DNA of 64,000 nt, taken from assembly GCA_965116515.1 (NCBI GenBank), contig OZ220705.1, positions 1,697,329 to 1,761,328 on the forward strand. Direction: 5' to 3'. Each line of letters starts with the position of its first letter. The stretch's first letter is position 1. The position numbers were made by a program, and so were the translations under genes. The notes under the pieces were generated by a model. The model saw nothing but the letters and a program-made list of their open reading frames with translations. It searched no databases and was not told where the DNA came from. Below, one piece after another: positions 49,927 to 61,229 of this stretch. Source of the stretch: Alphaproteobacteria bacterium. Its GTDB lineage: Bacteria; Pseudomonadota; Alphaproteobacteria; SP197.

Positions 49927-51636
49927 ATGGCGAGGATGTCCAGGGCGCGCTACGCCGGAACCTACGGGCCGACCACGGGCGATCGCGTCAGGCTCGGCGA
50001 CACGAGCCTCCTGGCCGCGGTCACCAGGGATCACCTTGTGGCGGGCGACGAACTGACCACGGGGGCGGGAAAGAGCTATCGCGACGGCATGGGGATGGAC
50101 TCCGGCGCCCGCCACGACGAAGGAGCTCTCGATCTCGTCATTCACAACGCCCTCGTGATCGATCCCGTGATCGGAATCGTGAAGGCCGACATCGGCGTGC
50201 GTGAGGGCCGCGTTGCCGGGATCGGCAAGGCGGGCAATCCGCGAATCATGGATGGCGTCCATCCCGGACTGGTCTGTGGACCCTCGACTGTCGTCGCCCA
50301 TGGCGAACGCCTGATCGCCACGCCGGGCGGCATCGATGTCCATGTCCACTTCAAGTCGCCCGATCTGGTGCGCCATGCCCTTGCCACCGGTCTGACCACC
50401 CTGGTGGGCGGTGGCCACGGTCCGCTCTTCAGCATCGATTCCGGTGGCGCCTGGACAACCGGGCGCATGCTGCAGGCCACCGACGCCCTGCCGATGAACT
50501 TCGGCTTTCTCGGGCGCGGCAGCACGAGCCGGGCCACGGGCATACTTGAACATGTCGCCTCCGGCATCATCGGCATCAAGGTGCACGAGGACTACGGGGC
50601 GAGTCCGGCGGCGATCGACACGGCACTCGGCGTCGCCGACGACGTCGACTTCCAGGTGCAGCTCCACACGGACACGCTGAACGAATCGGGTTTCTACGAA
50701 TCCACCATGGCTGCGATCGCCGGGCGCACCATCCACATGTATCACACCGAGGGTGCGGGCGGAGGTCATGCTCCCGACATCATCCGCTGCAACGGCGAAG
50801 CCCATTGCCTGCCGTCCTCGACCAATCCGACCAACCCCTTCACCGTCAACACGTTCGATGAACACCTCGACATGGTGATGGCGGTGCATCACCTGTCTGC
50901 GGATTCACCCGAGGATGTGGCCTTCGCCGAGAGCCGGATCCGCCGAACCACCACGGCGGCCGAAGACATTCTTCATGATCTCGGGGCGATCTCCATGTTC
51001 GGCTCCGACAGCATGGGCATGGGCCGGGTGAACGAGGTCGTGGCGCGCTGCTGGCAATTGGCCAGCAAGATGCGGGATCAGCGCGGACCTCTCGATGGTG
51101 AGCCGGTGGAGGGCGCCGACAACGCGCGTATCCTGAGATATCTCGCCAAGTACACGATCAACGCGGCCCGGGTCTTCGGCATCGATCACGAGGTGGGCAG
51201 CCTGGAAAGCGGGAAGATGGCCGACATCGTGCTGTGGAAGCCGGCGTTCTTCGGGCTCAAGCCACAGACCGTGATCAAGGGCGGCTTCACCACATTCGCG
51301 GCCATCGGCGACGCCGCGGCAAGCATCGGCCACGCCGATCCGGTCCTCGAGAGACCTGCCTGGGGCATGTCCGGTCGCGCGCCGTCGTCCATCGCGACAA
51401 CATTCGTCCACTCCTCGTCCATCGGGCAAGACCTGGCCGGCAGGCTGGATCTCGCGAAGCCCCTCACGGCGATCGGGCCGACGCGCCTGCTCACCAAGGC
51501 GGACATGCTCCACAACGATGCCCTGCCGGAGATCCGCGTCGATCCACAGACCTTCGAGGTGGTGGTCGATGGCCAGGTGGCGTGGTGCGAACCGGCAGAT
51601 CGCGTGGCCCTGGGACAGCTCTACCTTCTCGGATAG
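49927..51636 (+). CDS. ureC: Divergent urease alpha subunit-like metallo-amidohydrolase
   Basis: [49 protein letters not shown] and SDS motifs. Several pocket residues are altered (see findings). Confidence 0.88.
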   Translation: MARMSRARYAGTYGPTTGDRVRLGDTSLLAAVTRDHLVAGDELTTGAGKSYRDGMGMDSGARHDEGALDLVIHNALVIDPVIGIVKADIGVREGRVAGIGKAGNPRIMDGVHPGLVCGPSTVVAHGERLIATPGGIDVHVHFKSPDLVRHALATGLTTLVGGGHGPLFSIDSGGAWTTGRMLQATDALPMNFGFLGRGSTSRATGILEHVASGIIGIKVHEDYGASPAAIDTALGVADDVDFQVQLHTDTLNESGFYESTMAAIAGRTIHMYHTEGAGGGHAPDIIRCNGEAHCLPSSTNPTNPFTVNTFDEHLDMVMAVHHLSADSPEDVAFAESRIRRTTTAAEDILHDLGAISMFGSDSMGMGRVNEVVARCWQLASKMRDQRGPLDGEPVEGADNARILRYLAKYTINAARVFGIDHEVGSLESGKMADIVLWKPAFFGLKPQTVIKGGFTTFAAIGDAAASIGHADPVLERPAWGMSGRAPSSIATTFVHSSSIGQDLAGRLDLAKPLTAIGPTRLLTKADMLHNDALPEIRVDPQTFEVVVDGQVAWCEPADRVALGQLYLLG

Positions 51637-51639
51637 GTC

Positions 51640-52572
51640 CTACCGGTCGTCGAGGAATCGCAGGTACTGTTCCTCGAAATCGAAGGCAAGAAGCTTCTTG
51701 TAGGCATCCATGATGCGCCGCGTCACCGGGCCGGGAATGGTCGTGCAGACCGTTTCACGGCGGTCGACCGAGCGGACGGGACAGACGCACAGACTGGTCG
51801 ACGACAGGAAGATCTCGTCGGCCGTGTAGGCATCGAAGAGATCGAGGCTGGTCTCGTGCACCACGACTCCGAGATCGGCGGCAAGGTCCATGACGGTCGA
51901 CCGGCTGACGCCCTCGAGCACCATGTCGCCCCGCGGCGTGAAGAGTTCGCCCTGGCGCACGATCCACAGGTTCTGACCCGCCCCCTCGTTGAGGTTCCCG
52001 TTGATGTCCAGCAATCCGGCCCAGGCGTCGGGATTCGCCGCCTTCACCTGCCGGTCCGCGAGGAAGACGTTGATGTAGTTCGTGAGCTTGGCGCGGGGAC
52101 TCTGGGATTCTGGCGGCGTCCGGCGGATCGACGAGATGCCGATGTCGATGCCGTCGCGGAACAGTCGCGCCCGTGGCCGGAAGGGAATCGGCTGGACATG
52201 AACGATGACCGTGGGACCGGCGCGCAGGTTGGGTTCGTCACCGACCCAGTCGGCGCCACGCGACACGTTCTGGAATACCCAGTAGTCCTCTCCCTTGGGG
52301 AGGAGCGGCAGGTTGCGGGAGACCACCTCCTCGGTGATGGCAGCCATGTCTTGAGGCGATTCGTTCACGTCGATTTCGAGGTAACGCAAGGACCGGTAGA
52401 GGCGGTCGATGTGTTCCGCCAAGCGAAACAGCTTGCCGTTGACCGTGCGTTCCGTGTCGAAGGCGCCGTCTCCCCAGCGGAATCCGCGGTCGCGGAACGG
52501 CACGACGACATGGCTTTCCGGAACGTAGCGGCCATTGAAGTAGGCGATTCGCTCGTTGGGACGATCGATCAT
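51640..52572 (-). CDS. Class IV PLP-dependent aminotransferase (BCAT/D-amino acid aminotransferase-like)
   Basis: DRGFRWGDGAF, HIDRL, AKLTNY, EGAGQN, LEGVSR and ADEIF motifs. Confidence 0.88.
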   Translation of the reverse strand: MIDRPNERIAYFNGRYVPESHVVVPFRDRGFRWGDGAFDTERTVNGKLFRLAEHIDRLYRSLRYLEIDVNESPQDMAAITEEVVSRNLPLLPKGEDYWVFQNVSRGADWVGDEPNLRAGPTVIVHVQPIPFRPRARLFRDGIDIGISSIRRTPPESQSPRAKLTNYINVFLADRQVKAANPDAWAGLLDINGNLNEGAGQNLWIVRQGELFTPRGDMVLEGVSRSTVMDLAADLGVVVHETSLDLFDAYTADEIFLSSTSLCVCPVRSVDRRETVCTTIPGPVTRRIMDAYKKLLAFDFEEQYLRFLDDR

Positions 52573-52713
52573 CAATTCTCTCCGGCAATGCATCACTGAA
52601 CCCAGAGAGTGGGCGAGATCACCGGCGCGGGCAACCTCCGGGTGTCGCCGGTCACACGGCATGTCACCACATGGCACCGGTTCTTGGGCAACCCCCCCAA
52701 TATGAGGGAGTCC

Positions 52714-52759
52714 GCTCAATATATGGTAGAAATGAAAAAACACGTTGGACATATGGTGT
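52714..52759. promoter_or_regulatory. Tandem NrdR boxes upstream of nrdJ
   Basis: gctCAATATATGGtag (52714-52729) and a weaker gttggACATATGGtgt (52744-52759) resemble acaCwAtATaTwGtgt. They are 30 bp apart. Confidence 0.65.
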
Positions 52760-52833
52760 AAGCGCCGTCACAATATCCGTTCGTCAGCAGCCGCAAAGAG
52801 CTGTGTTGAGGCAAGTCACCGGGAGTTGGGTTG

Positions 52834-55800
52834 ATGCGGATCAGTCGCCACTTCACCACCGCTGGCAAGGATGCCTATCACGGCATCGGTTTCCGCCAGG
52901 CGATGAGCGAAATCCGCAATCCGGATGGTTCGGTTGTTTTCCGGCAGGAGGGAATCGAGGTTCCCGACACCTGGACCCAGGTCGCCTGTGACATCATTGC
53001 CCAGAAGTACTTCCGCAAGGCGGGTGTGCCCGACAGCCTGCAAGCGGTCGAGGAAGGGTCGGTTCCGGCCTGGCTCAGCCGTCGCGAAGCCGCGCCGGGT
53101 GCCGGCACGACCGGTGAAACGGACAGCCGGCAGGTCTTTGACCGCATGGCCGGAACCTGGACCTACTGGGGCTGGAAGGGCGGCTACTTCGACCGGGAAG
53201 AGGATGCGCGCACCTTCTTTGACGAGGTGCGGTTCATGCTGGCCTCGCAGTTCGCGGCGCCCAACTCGCCGCAGTGGTTCAACACCGGCCTTCACTGGGC
53301 CTACGGCATCTCGGGCCCGGCCCAGGGTCACTACCACGTCAACCACGAGACCGGCCGCCTCAACCGTTCGACCAATGCCTACGAGCGGCCCCAGCCGCAC
53401 GCCTGTTTTATCCAGAGCGTGGCCGACGACCTGGTCAACGAGAACGGCATCATGGACCTGTGGGTGCGCGAGGCGCGCCTCTTCAAGTTCGGGTCCGGCA
53501 CGGGGTCGAACTTCTCGGCCCTGAGAGGCGAGGGCGAGCCGCTGTCGGGCGGGGGCCGTTCATCGGGTCTCATGAGCTTCCTCAAGGTGGGCGACAGGGC
53601 GGCGGGCGCCATCAAGTCCGGCGGCACCACACGGCGCGCCGCCAAGATGGTGGTCGTCGACATCGACCACCCCGATGTCGAGAACTTCATCTCCTGGAAG
53701 ATGATCGAGGAACAGAAGGTGGCGGCGCTCGTTGCCGGATCGAGGCAGTGCCACAAGCACCTCAACGCCGTGATGAAGGCATGCCACGAGGGAGACCGTC
53801 ACGACGATACGAGGTTTGATCCCAAGGAGAATTCCTCGCTGCGCAAGGCCATCGTTGCGTGTCGCCGGGCGCTGGTCCCGGAGGCCGGAATCCAGCGTGT
53901 GCTCCAGCTCGCCCGGCAGGGTTACCGCACGGTCGAGTTTCCGGTGCTGGACACGGACTGGGATTCCGAGGCCTACAGGACCGTTTCGGGACAGAACGCC
54001 AACAATTCCGTCAGGGTGACCAACGCCTTCCTCGAAGCCGTCGAGGCCGACCGCAACTGGGACCTGATACAGCGTACCGACGGCGCGGTCTCGAGGTCCC
54101 TGAAAGCGCGGGATCTGTGGGACAGGATCGGCTTCGCCGCCTGGGCGTCGGCGGACCCCGGGATTCAGTACGACACGACGATCAACGAGTGGCACACATG
54201 CCCCGGGTCGGGACGGATCAATGCCTCCAATCCCTGTTCGGAATACATGTTCCTCGATGACACGGCGTGCAATCTCGCCTCGCTCAATCTCCTCAAGTTC
54301 CGAAAGGACGACGGCCGCTTCGACATCACCGCCTTCGAGCATGCGGTCCGGCTGTGGACCATCGTGCTGGAGATATCGGTCATGATGGCGCAGTTCCCGT
54401 CCCGGGAGATCGCCAGGCGGTCCTATGACTTCCGGTCGCTGGGACTGGGCTATGCCAACCTCGGTGGCCTGCTGATGGCATCGGGGCACTCCTACGATTC
54501 CGCGCAAGGCCGGGCCTTCTGCGGCGCCGTCAGCGCCATCATGACCGGGGTCGGTTACGCCACGAGTGCCGAGATGGCCGGCGAGCTCGGACCCTTCCCC
54601 GGCTTCGCCAGAAACCGGGACGCCATGTTGCGGGTCATGCGCAACCACCGCCGGGCCGCCATCAGCGGACGACAGGACAACTACGAGGGATTGTCGGTGT
54701 TGCCGGTGGCCATCGATCACGCAGCACTGACACTACCCGAACTGGGCGAGGCGGCGATCAAGGCGTGGGACGAGGCTCTCCGGCTCGGTGAACAGCACGG
54801 CTACCGGAATGCCCAGGCGACTGTGATCGCGCCGACGGGAACCATTGGCCTCGTCATGGATTGCGACACCACGGGAATCGAACCCGATTTCGCGCTGGTG
54901 AAGTTCAAGAAGCTGGCCGGCGGCGGCTACTTCAAGATCATCAACCGCACGGTTCCGGTGGCCCTGGACGTTCTCGGTTACAGCGAGCACGAGATCACGG
55001 CGATGATCACCCATGCCGTGGGCCACGGCACGCTCGCCGGCGCCCCGTCGGTGAATCATGAGACCCTTCGTGCCAGGGGATTCACGGAAGAAGTCCTGGA
55101 GAAGGTCGAAGGCTCGCTGAAGGCGGCGTTTGACATCCGTTTCGTCTTCAACAGATGGACACTCGGCGAGGATTTCTGCATCGGGACGCTGGCGCTCGAT
55201 GCTCAGGATCTCGACGACCCTGCCTTCGATCTCCTGGCCGCCATCGGCTTCAGCCGGGCCGACATCGAGGCCGCCAACAGTTTCTGCTGCGGCTCCATGA
55301 CCCTCGAGGGAGCACCGCACATCCGTGACGAGCATCTCGCGGTGTTCGACTGTGCCAATCCCTGCGGCCGATTGGGCAGGCGGTTCCTGTCGACCGAGTC
55401 TCATATCAGGATGATGGCGGCTGCCCAGCCCTTCATCTCGGGCGCCATTTCCAAGACGATCAACATGCCCGCCACCGCATCGGTCGAGGAGTGCCGCGAC
55501 ACCTACAAGCTCTCCTGGCGCCTTGGTCTCAAGGCCAACGCGCTCTATCGCGACGGCTCGAAACTCTCGCAGCCCCTGTCTGCCCTGCATCTGGGCGACC
55601 TGGCAGAGGAGCTCGAGGAGGCGCAAGACCGCCCCGAGGCGATCCGCAAGGTTGTCACCACCATCGTGCGCAACGAGCGCCGGCGCCTCGACAACCGCCG
55701 TCGCGGCTATACCCAGAAAGCCATCGTCGGTGGCCACAAGGTCTACCTGAAGACCGGCGAATACGTTGACGGCAGTCTGGGAGAGATCTTCATCGACATG

Positions 55801-56385
55801 CACAAGGAAGGCGCGGCCTTCCGCAGCCTGATGAACAACTTCGCCATCGCCGTGTCCATCGGCCTGCAGTACGGCGTGCCGCTCGAGGAGTTCGTGGACG
55901 CCTACACCTTCACCCGCTTCGAACCCAGCGGCATGGTCGAGGGCAACGACACCATCAAGATGTCGACGTCCATCCTCGACTACATCTTCCGTGAACTGGC
56001 GATCAGCTATCTCGCCCGCAACGATCTCGCCCATGTCGAGCCCGGTGACCTGATGCCGGACACGGTGGGTCGCGGCAATGCCGGTGAGGAGTTCGCCGAC
56101 ATTGATGACAGCATGGACGAGGTCCAGAGCCTGCTCGAACAGGTGGCCAGCAAGGGCTACATGCGGGGCCGCCACCTCCAGGTTCTCGATGGCGGCCGCA
56201 AGAGCGAGCCGGTCAGGGTGGCCGCGTCCCAACACGAAACGACTGCAGGCGTCACCGCTATCGATGCGGCACGCATGCAAGGCTATGAGGGAGATCCGTG
56301 CGAAGAATGCGGCAACCTCACACTGGTCCGCAACGGGACCTGTCTCAAGTGCGTCACCTGTGGTGCGACAAGTGGATGTTCATGA
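52834..56385 (+). CDS. nrdJ: Vitamin B12-dependent (class II) ribonucleotide reductase
   Basis: [31 protein letters not shown] and C-terminal CEECG...[11 protein letters not shown]. Confidence 0.96.
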   Translation: MRISRHFTTAGKDAYHGIGFRQAMSEIRNPDGSVVFRQEGIEVPDTWTQVACDIIAQKYFRKAGVPDSLQAVEEGSVPAWLSRREAAPGAGTTGETDSRQVFDRMAGTWTYWGWKGGYFDREEDARTFFDEVRFMLASQFAAPNSPQWFNTGLHWAYGISGPAQGHYHVNHETGRLNRSTNAYERPQPHACFIQSVADDLVNENGIMDLWVREARLFKFGSGTGSNFSALRGEGEPLSGGGRSSGLMSFLKVGDRAAGAIKSGGTTRRAAKMVVVDIDHPDVENFISWKMIEEQKVAALVAGSRQCHKHLNAVMKACHEGDRHDDTRFDPKENSSLRKAIVACRRALVPEAGIQRVLQLARQGYRTVEFPVLDTDWDSEAYRTVSGQNANNSVRVTNAFLEAVEADRNWDLIQRTDGAVSRSLKARDLWDRIGFAAWASADPGIQYDTTINEWHTCPGSGRINASNPCSEYMFLDDTACNLASLNLLKFRKDDGRFDITAFEHAVRLWTIVLEISVMMAQFPSREIARRSYDFRSLGLGYANLGGLLMASGHSYDSAQGRAFCGAVSAIMTGVGYATSAEMAGELGPFPGFARNRDAMLRVMRNHRRAAISGRQDNYEGLSVLPVAIDHAALTLPELGEAAIKAWDEALRLGEQHGYRNAQATVIAPTGTIGLVMDCDTTGIEPDFALVKFKKLAGGGYFKIINRTVPVALDVLGYSEHEITAMITHAVGHGTLAGAPSVNHETLRARGFTEEVLEKVEGSLKAAFDIRFVFNRWTLGEDFCIGTLALDAQDLDDPAFDLLAAIGFSRADIEAANSFCCGSMTLEGAPHIRDEHLAVFDCANPCGRLGRRFLSTESHIRMMAAAQPFISGAISKTINMPATASVEECRDTYKLSWRLGLKANALYRDGSKLSQPLSALHLGDLAEELEEAQDRPEAIRKVVTTIVRNERRRLDNRRRGYTQKAIVGGHKVYLKTGEYVDGSLGEIFIDMHKEGAAFRSLMNNFAIAVSIGLQYGVPLEEFVDAYTFTRFEPSGMVEGNDTIKMSTSILDYIFRELAISYLARNDLAHVEPGDLMPDTVGRGNAGEEFADIDDSMDEVQSLLEQVASKGYMRGRHLQVLDGGRKSEPVRVAASQHETTAGVTAIDAARMQGYEGDPCEECGNLTLVRNGTCLKCVTCGATSGCS

Positions 56386-56419
56386 CTCCCGTTGCAGGCA
56401 TGGGCGGTCGAGCCTGGCA

Positions 56420-56497
56420 TTTGGCCGGCTGACTGCCTGATTTCATGGTGTGTCCTCCCCAACTTGGGGGTGGGTTTCGGCCCACCCCCATTTTTTT
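56420..56497 (+). ncRNA. Candidate MmgR/suhB (alpha-r8)-like small RNA; 5' end approximate
   Basis: GGTGTGTCCTCCCCAACTT (56447-56465) directly precedes a strong terminator, like the MmgR core GGUGUUUCCUCCCUAGACUU plus terminator. Confidence 0.5.
56465..56497 (+). terminator. Rho-independent terminator downstream of nrdJ
   Basis: TGGGGGTGGG-TTTCGG-CCCACCCCCA followed by T7. Confidence 0.9.
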
Positions 56498-56683
56498 GAT
56501 TCTGCAGCCCGCCTCCTCCACCTGTGAAGACGGCACGAGCCTCCTTCGGTTGCTCACCTGCATGATCGCCTGCGGTCCGGGCAGACACTGAACGGCAACA
56601 TCGGCGCCATCGAGCATCGGTCGGGCGAGTTGTCTTGGCGGTCAATCTATGCTGCACTGCACAATGACGAGCTCGGGGTGGGT

Positions 56684-57535
56684 ATGACGCCTGTACGCAC
56701 CGTGGCGACACTGCGCCGTCAGCTGGATGAATGGCGGGTGGCCGGTGACACCATTGCCCTCGTTCCCACGATGGGCGCCCTGCACGACGGACATCGTGCG
56801 TTGATCCGGGCGGCGAGGGAGCGCACGTGCCGCGTGGTGGCGAGTCTCTTCGTCAACCCCATGCAGTTTGCACCGGACGAGGACTTCGCCTGCTATCCAA
56901 GGGATGAAGCCGGGGACATCGCAAGTTTTCTTGATGCCGGCGTCGATCTTGTCTATGCCCCCGGGACAAGAGACATGTACCCGCATGGCTTTGCCACGAC
57001 CGTCACGCCGGGCGGTGCCGGTGAAGGACTCGAGGCCGATCACCGGGATGGGTTCATTTCGGGCGTCGCCACCGTGGTGCTGAAGCTGTTCATGCAGACC
57101 GGTGCCGACGTGGCGGTGTTCGGCGAAAAGGACTACCAGCAGCTTGTCGTCGTGACGCAGATGGTCCGCGACCTCGACCTTCGGATTGACATCGTTCCGG
57201 TGGCCACCGTGCGAGAGGCGGACGGTCTTGCCATGTCCTCGCGCAATGCCTACCTCGGTGGGGACGATCGCCAGCGCGCGGCCGGACTCTTCCGCATCCT
57301 GATGGAGACGCGTGGTGCCCTTGGCGCAGGAGAGCCTCCGGACACGGCGGTCCGCAACGCCGTGAGGCGACTGGAAGAAGCCTTCGACGCCGTTGACTAT
57401 CTCTCGTTGCGCGATCCCGTCACCCTCAGTGCGGCGGAAAGGCGGGCCGGCGCGGCGAGGCTGCTGTGCGCGGTGCGACTTGGAGGAACACGGTTGATCG
57501 ACAATGTGGCGGTGACGCTGCCGGGAGGAGAGTAG
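56684..57535 (+). CDS. panC: Pantoate--beta-alanine ligase
   Basis: PTMGALHDGH, FVNPMQF, FGEKDYQQ, READGLAMSSRN and RLIDN motifs. Confidence 0.96.
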   Translation: MTPVRTVATLRRQLDEWRVAGDTIALVPTMGALHDGHRALIRAARERTCRVVASLFVNPMQFAPDEDFACYPRDEAGDIASFLDAGVDLVYAPGTRDMYPHGFATTVTPGGAGEGLEADHRDGFISGVATVVLKLFMQTGADVAVFGEKDYQQLVVVTQMVRDLDLRIDIVPVATVREADGLAMSSRNAYLGGDDRQRAAGLFRILMETRGALGAGEPPDTAVRNAVRRLEEAFDAVDYLSLRDPVTLSAAERRAGAARLLCAVRLGGTRLIDNVAVTLPGGE

Positions 57536-57538
57536 GAC

Positions 57539-58363
57539 ATGGTGATCGGCCAACCGGATCCATGCGGACTGCTCGGCCCCCGGGGTGGTGCGCCGATCGT
57601 CGGCCTGACGGCCTATACCGCACCCATGGCCGCCAGGATCGACCGGCATGTCGATTTCATCCTGGTCGGCGATTCGGTCGCCATGGTGCTCTACGGAATG
57701 GAAACGACACGGACCATCGATATCGACACGATGATCCGCCACGGTCGGGCTGTCGCCCAGGCAGCCGCCAACACCCTGGTCGTCATCGACATGCCCTTCG
57801 GCACCTATGAGCACAACCGGGATGTGGCCCTCTCCAATGCCCGGCGCATGCTTTCGGAGACGGGATGTGATGCCGTGAAGATGGAGGGCGGGGACAGTCT
57901 TGCCGGGACGGTCGAGGCTGCGGTCGCGGATGGCATTCCCGTGATGGGCCATGTCGGCCTGATGCCGCAGCGGGCGCGAAGCGTCGCGCAGATGCGCTCG
58001 AGGGGCCACTCCGACACCACCCGGCGGCGTATCCTGAAAGACGCCCGGGCGATTGCCCGGGCCGGAGCCTTCGCCATCGTTGTCGAGGGAGTCGTCGAGA
58101 GCGTCGCGCGCGACATCACGCAGGCCTCGACCGTACCCATCATCGGCATTGGCGCATCGGTCGCCTGTGACGGGCAGATCCTCGTCACCGAGGACATGAC
58201 CGGCATGTTCGACGCCTTCACGCCAAGATTTGTGAAGCGCTATGCCGAGGTCGGTAAGATCGTGGAAGAGGCGGTCATGGCCTATGCCAGCGATGTCCGC
58301 AACCGGCGCTTCCCGGGCCCCGAGCACACTTTCGCGAAACGCGGGAAGAAGGCCGCCGGGTGA
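57539..58363 (+). CDS. panB: 3-methyl-2-oxobutanoate hydroxymethyltransferase
   Basis: LTAY, LVGDS, DMPFG, VKMEGG, GHVGLMPQ and IGIGA...DGQILV motifs. Confidence 0.95.
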   Translation: MVIGQPDPCGLLGPRGGAPIVGLTAYTAPMAARIDRHVDFILVGDSVAMVLYGMETTRTIDIDTMIRHGRAVAQAAANTLVVIDMPFGTYEHNRDVALSNARRMLSETGCDAVKMEGGDSLAGTVEAAVADGIPVMGHVGLMPQRARSVAQMRSRGHSDTTRRRILKDARAIARAGAFAIVVEGVVESVARDITQASTVPIIGIGASVACDGQILVTEDMTGMFDAFTPRFVKRYAEVGKIVEEAVMAYASDVRNRRFPGPEHTFAKRGKKAAG

Positions 58364-58436
58364 GGAATCTTGTTCCAGCGTTGATCGGGGCAGGGCGGGT
58401 GCATAGGATCGACGGCGGATGAAGTGGGCGGGAACC

Positions 58437-59195
58437 ATGACACATCGCGTGGAGTATGAACCTTCTCCCAGGCGGGTGAGGGCGGTGTTGCGGGACGAGA
58501 CGATCGTGGACAGCACGGACGTCCTTCTGGTGCGCGAGACGGGCCATACCCCGGTCTACTATTTCCCCCGTGACGACGTTGCCATGGAACGGCTCAGCTC
58601 CACCGAAAAGAGGACGCATTGTCCGTGGAAGGGAGATGCCTGCTACTGGACCATCACGACCGAGGGTCACGCGGCGGAGAATGCGGCCTGGGCCTATCGT
58701 GATCCGTTGCCGCAGGCATCGGCGCTGCAGGATCGCATCGCCTTCTACTGGCAGAGCCTCGATCACTGGTACGAGGAGGACGAGGAGGTCTTCGTTCATG
58801 CCCGGGACCCGCGCGTCCGGGTCGACACGCTGCTGAGCCACCGGTCTGTCGAGGTGATCCATGCCGGCGAGGTGCTGGCGCGCAGCAACCGGGCGCAGTT
58901 CCTCTTCGAAACCGATCTTCCGATCCGCTACTACATTCCTCCGGACGACGTGCGTCGGGATCTCCTTGTCGAATCGCCGACCACCACGCGCTGTCCCTAC
59001 AAGGGGATGGCCACGCACCTTTCACTCATCATCGACGGCGTCGCCCACGAGGACATCGCCTGGGTCTATCCCGATCCGATCCCGGAATGTCCACGCATCG
59101 CCAGTCACATCGCCTTCTACAACGAGCGGGTCGACCGGATTCTCGTCGACGGCAAGCCCGTCGGGCGGCCGCAGACGGCGTGGTCGCCAGGCTGA
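58437..59195 (+). CDS. Tandem DUF427 domain protein
   Basis: Two repeats: VYYFPRDDV...THCPWKG...AWAY and RYYIPPDDV...TRCPYKG...AWVYPDP. Confidence 0.88.
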   Translation: MTHRVEYEPSPRRVRAVLRDETIVDSTDVLLVRETGHTPVYYFPRDDVAMERLSSTEKRTHCPWKGDACYWTITTEGHAAENAAWAYRDPLPQASALQDRIAFYWQSLDHWYEEDEEVFVHARDPRVRVDTLLSHRSVEVIHAGEVLARSNRAQFLFETDLPIRYYIPPDDVRRDLLVESPTTTRCPYKGMATHLSLIIDGVAHEDIAWVYPDPIPECPRIASHIAFYNERVDRILVDGKPVGRPQTAWSPG

Positions 59196-59202
59196 CGGTC
59201 GT

Positions 59203-60972
59203 TCATGACGGCCTGGCGAGGCGGATGCCGAGTTCTCTCAGCTGACGCCCGGAAACCTCTCCCGGCGCTCCCATCATCAGGTCCTGGGCCTGCTGGTTCA
59301 TCGGGAAGAGCGTGACTTCACGGATGTTCGATTCGCCTGCGAGCAGCATGACGATGCGGTCGATCCCCGGGGCGATGCCTCCGTGCGGAGGGCACCCGTA
59401 GCGGAAGGCGTCGTGGAGGGCGCCGAACCGCGCCTCGACCTCGCTCGCCGGGTAGCCGGCGATCTCGAAGGCCTTGATCATGGTGGCCGGCTCGTGATTG
59501 CGGATGGCTCCGCTCGACAGTTCGACGCCGTTGCACACGATGTCGTACTGGTAGGCCAGGACGTCGAGGGGATCCCTGGTCTCCAGGGCCTCGAGGCCGC
59601 CCTGGGGCATGGAAAAGGGATTGTGGCTGAAGTCGATCCTCTTCCTCTCCGGATCGTATTCGTACATCGGGTAGTCGACGATCCAGCAAAACCGGAAACT
59701 GTCCCGCTCCGCGAGAGAAAGTTCATCGCACACACGGGTGCGCACGAGACCGGCGATGCGTTCGGCCGCATCCTTCGAATCGCACGAGAAGAACACCGCA
59801 TCGCCGTCACCAAGTCCGGCGAGTGAACGGATTGCGTCGAGTTCACTGTCCTTCAGGAGCCGTGCGACGGGCCCCTTGCCGGCACCGTCCTTGAAGACAA
59901 TCCAGGCCAGGCCTCCCGCCCCGTTCTCCTGGGCAAAGGCGATCATGCGATCGAAGAAACTGCGCGGCGAAGCCGCACCTCCCGGCGCGGGAATGGCGCG
60001 GACCACCGCGCCTTCGCTGATCTGCCGGCGAAAGATCCTGAAGTCGGAATCGGCAAAGGGCGCCGTGGCGTCGACGTTGACCAGGGGATTGCGCAAATCC
60101 GGCTTGTCGGTGCCGTACTTGAGCATGGCTTCGCCATGAGCGATGCGGGGGAAGGGTGACTGTGTGACCGGGAACGACGTGAACTCCCGGAACAGTCCGC
60201 TGATGACGGGTTCGATGGCCTCGAACACGTCGTCTTGCGTCACGAAGGCCATTTCCACATCGAGCTGGTAGAATTCCCCGGGCGAACGGTCGGCGCGCGC
60301 ATCCTCGTCACGGAAACAGGGCGCGATCTGGAAGTAGCGGTCGAAGCCGGAGGCCATGACAAGCTGCTTGAACTGTTGCGGTGCCTGGGGGAGGGCGTAG
60401 AAGGAGCCGTGGTGAAGGCGGCTGGGGACCAGGAAGTCCCGTGCCCCTTCGGGACTCGATGCGGTCAGTATGGGAGTCTGGAACTCCAGGAAACCACCCT
60501 GGGTCATGCGCCGGCGTATGGAGTCGATGATCCTCGAGCGCAGCACGATGTTCGCGTGCATCGATGGTCTGCGCAGGTCAAGAAACCTGTACCGCAAGCG
60601 CACGTCCTCGGGATAGTCGACCTCGCCGAACACCGGCATCGGCAAGGGTTCGGCCTCCGACAGCACGCGGAACTCCCGGATGCGTACCTCGACCTCGCCG
60701 GTGTCGATCTCCGGGTTCACGGTGTCGGCGTCACGCGACACCAGTTCGCCTTCGACGGTGACCACACTTTCCGGACGGATCTGCTCCACAGCCGCAAACC
60801 CGGGATCATCGGTCTCGATGACGCACTGGGTCGTGCCGTACTGGTCGCGCAGGTCAACGAAGAGGAGGTTGCCGTGATCCCGCTTGCGGTGAACCCAGCC
60901 GGAAAGGCGTACGGCCGCTCCGACATGGTCGCGGCGAAGTTCACCGCAGGTGTGTGTGCGATAACGGTGCAT
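59203..60972 (-). CDS. aspS: Aspartate--tRNA ligase (probably non-discriminating Asp/Asn)
   Basis: [14 protein letters not shown] (this His suggests the ND type), [17 protein letters not shown] and [12 protein letters not shown] motifs. Confidence 0.97.
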   Translation of the reverse strand: MHRYRTHTCGELRRDHVGAAVRLSGWVHRKRDHGNLLFVDLRDQYGTTQCVIETDDPGFAAVEQIRPESVVTVEGELVSRDADTVNPEIDTGEVEVRIREFRVLSEAEPLPMPVFGEVDYPEDVRLRYRFLDLRRPSMHANIVLRSRIIDSIRRRMTQGGFLEFQTPILTASSPEGARDFLVPSRLHHGSFYALPQAPQQFKQLVMASGFDRYFQIAPCFRDEDARADRSPGEFYQLDVEMAFVTQDDVFEAIEPVISGLFREFTSFPVTQSPFPRIAHGEAMLKYGTDKPDLRNPLVNVDATAPFADSDFRIFRRQISEGAVVRAIPAPGGAASPRSFFDRMIAFAQENGAGGLAWIVFKDGAGKGPVARLLKDSELDAIRSLAGLGDGDAVFFSCDSKDAAERIAGLVRTRVCDELSLAERDSFRFCWIVDYPMYEYDPERKRIDFSHNPFSMPQGGLEALETRDPLDVLAYQYDIVCNGVELSSGAIRNHEPATMIKAFEIAGYPASEVEARFGALHDAFRYGCPPHGGIAPGIDRIVMLLAGESNIREVTLFPMNQQAQDLMMGAPGEVSGRQLRELGIRLARPS

Positions 60973-61229
60973 GAACGACAATCCGGGAAGCAGGTGTGAA
61001 GCTAGACAACGCAAGCCCGCCTGTTTGTCAAGGGGCGGATGGCATGCCGCCGTGTTCCGTCATTCACGGCGCTGCAATGATGCGAGGCCATGGTTGCCAA
61101 CGCGCCTCGTGGAGAAGGGCCGGCCGGCGTCGACAGGGTTACGGGCGTGACAGTCGCGCGCATACCGCGTCTGAGGACGCAACACCCCCGGAGTGGACTT
61201 CCGGGGAGCGCGCCGGTAGAGAGGCCATC

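Noticed and set aside
52834-56385. Intein or intron in nrdJ
   Set aside because: The frame is continuous, the length fits the long alphaproteobacterial NrdJ, and no splice-junction or endonuclease motifs were seen.
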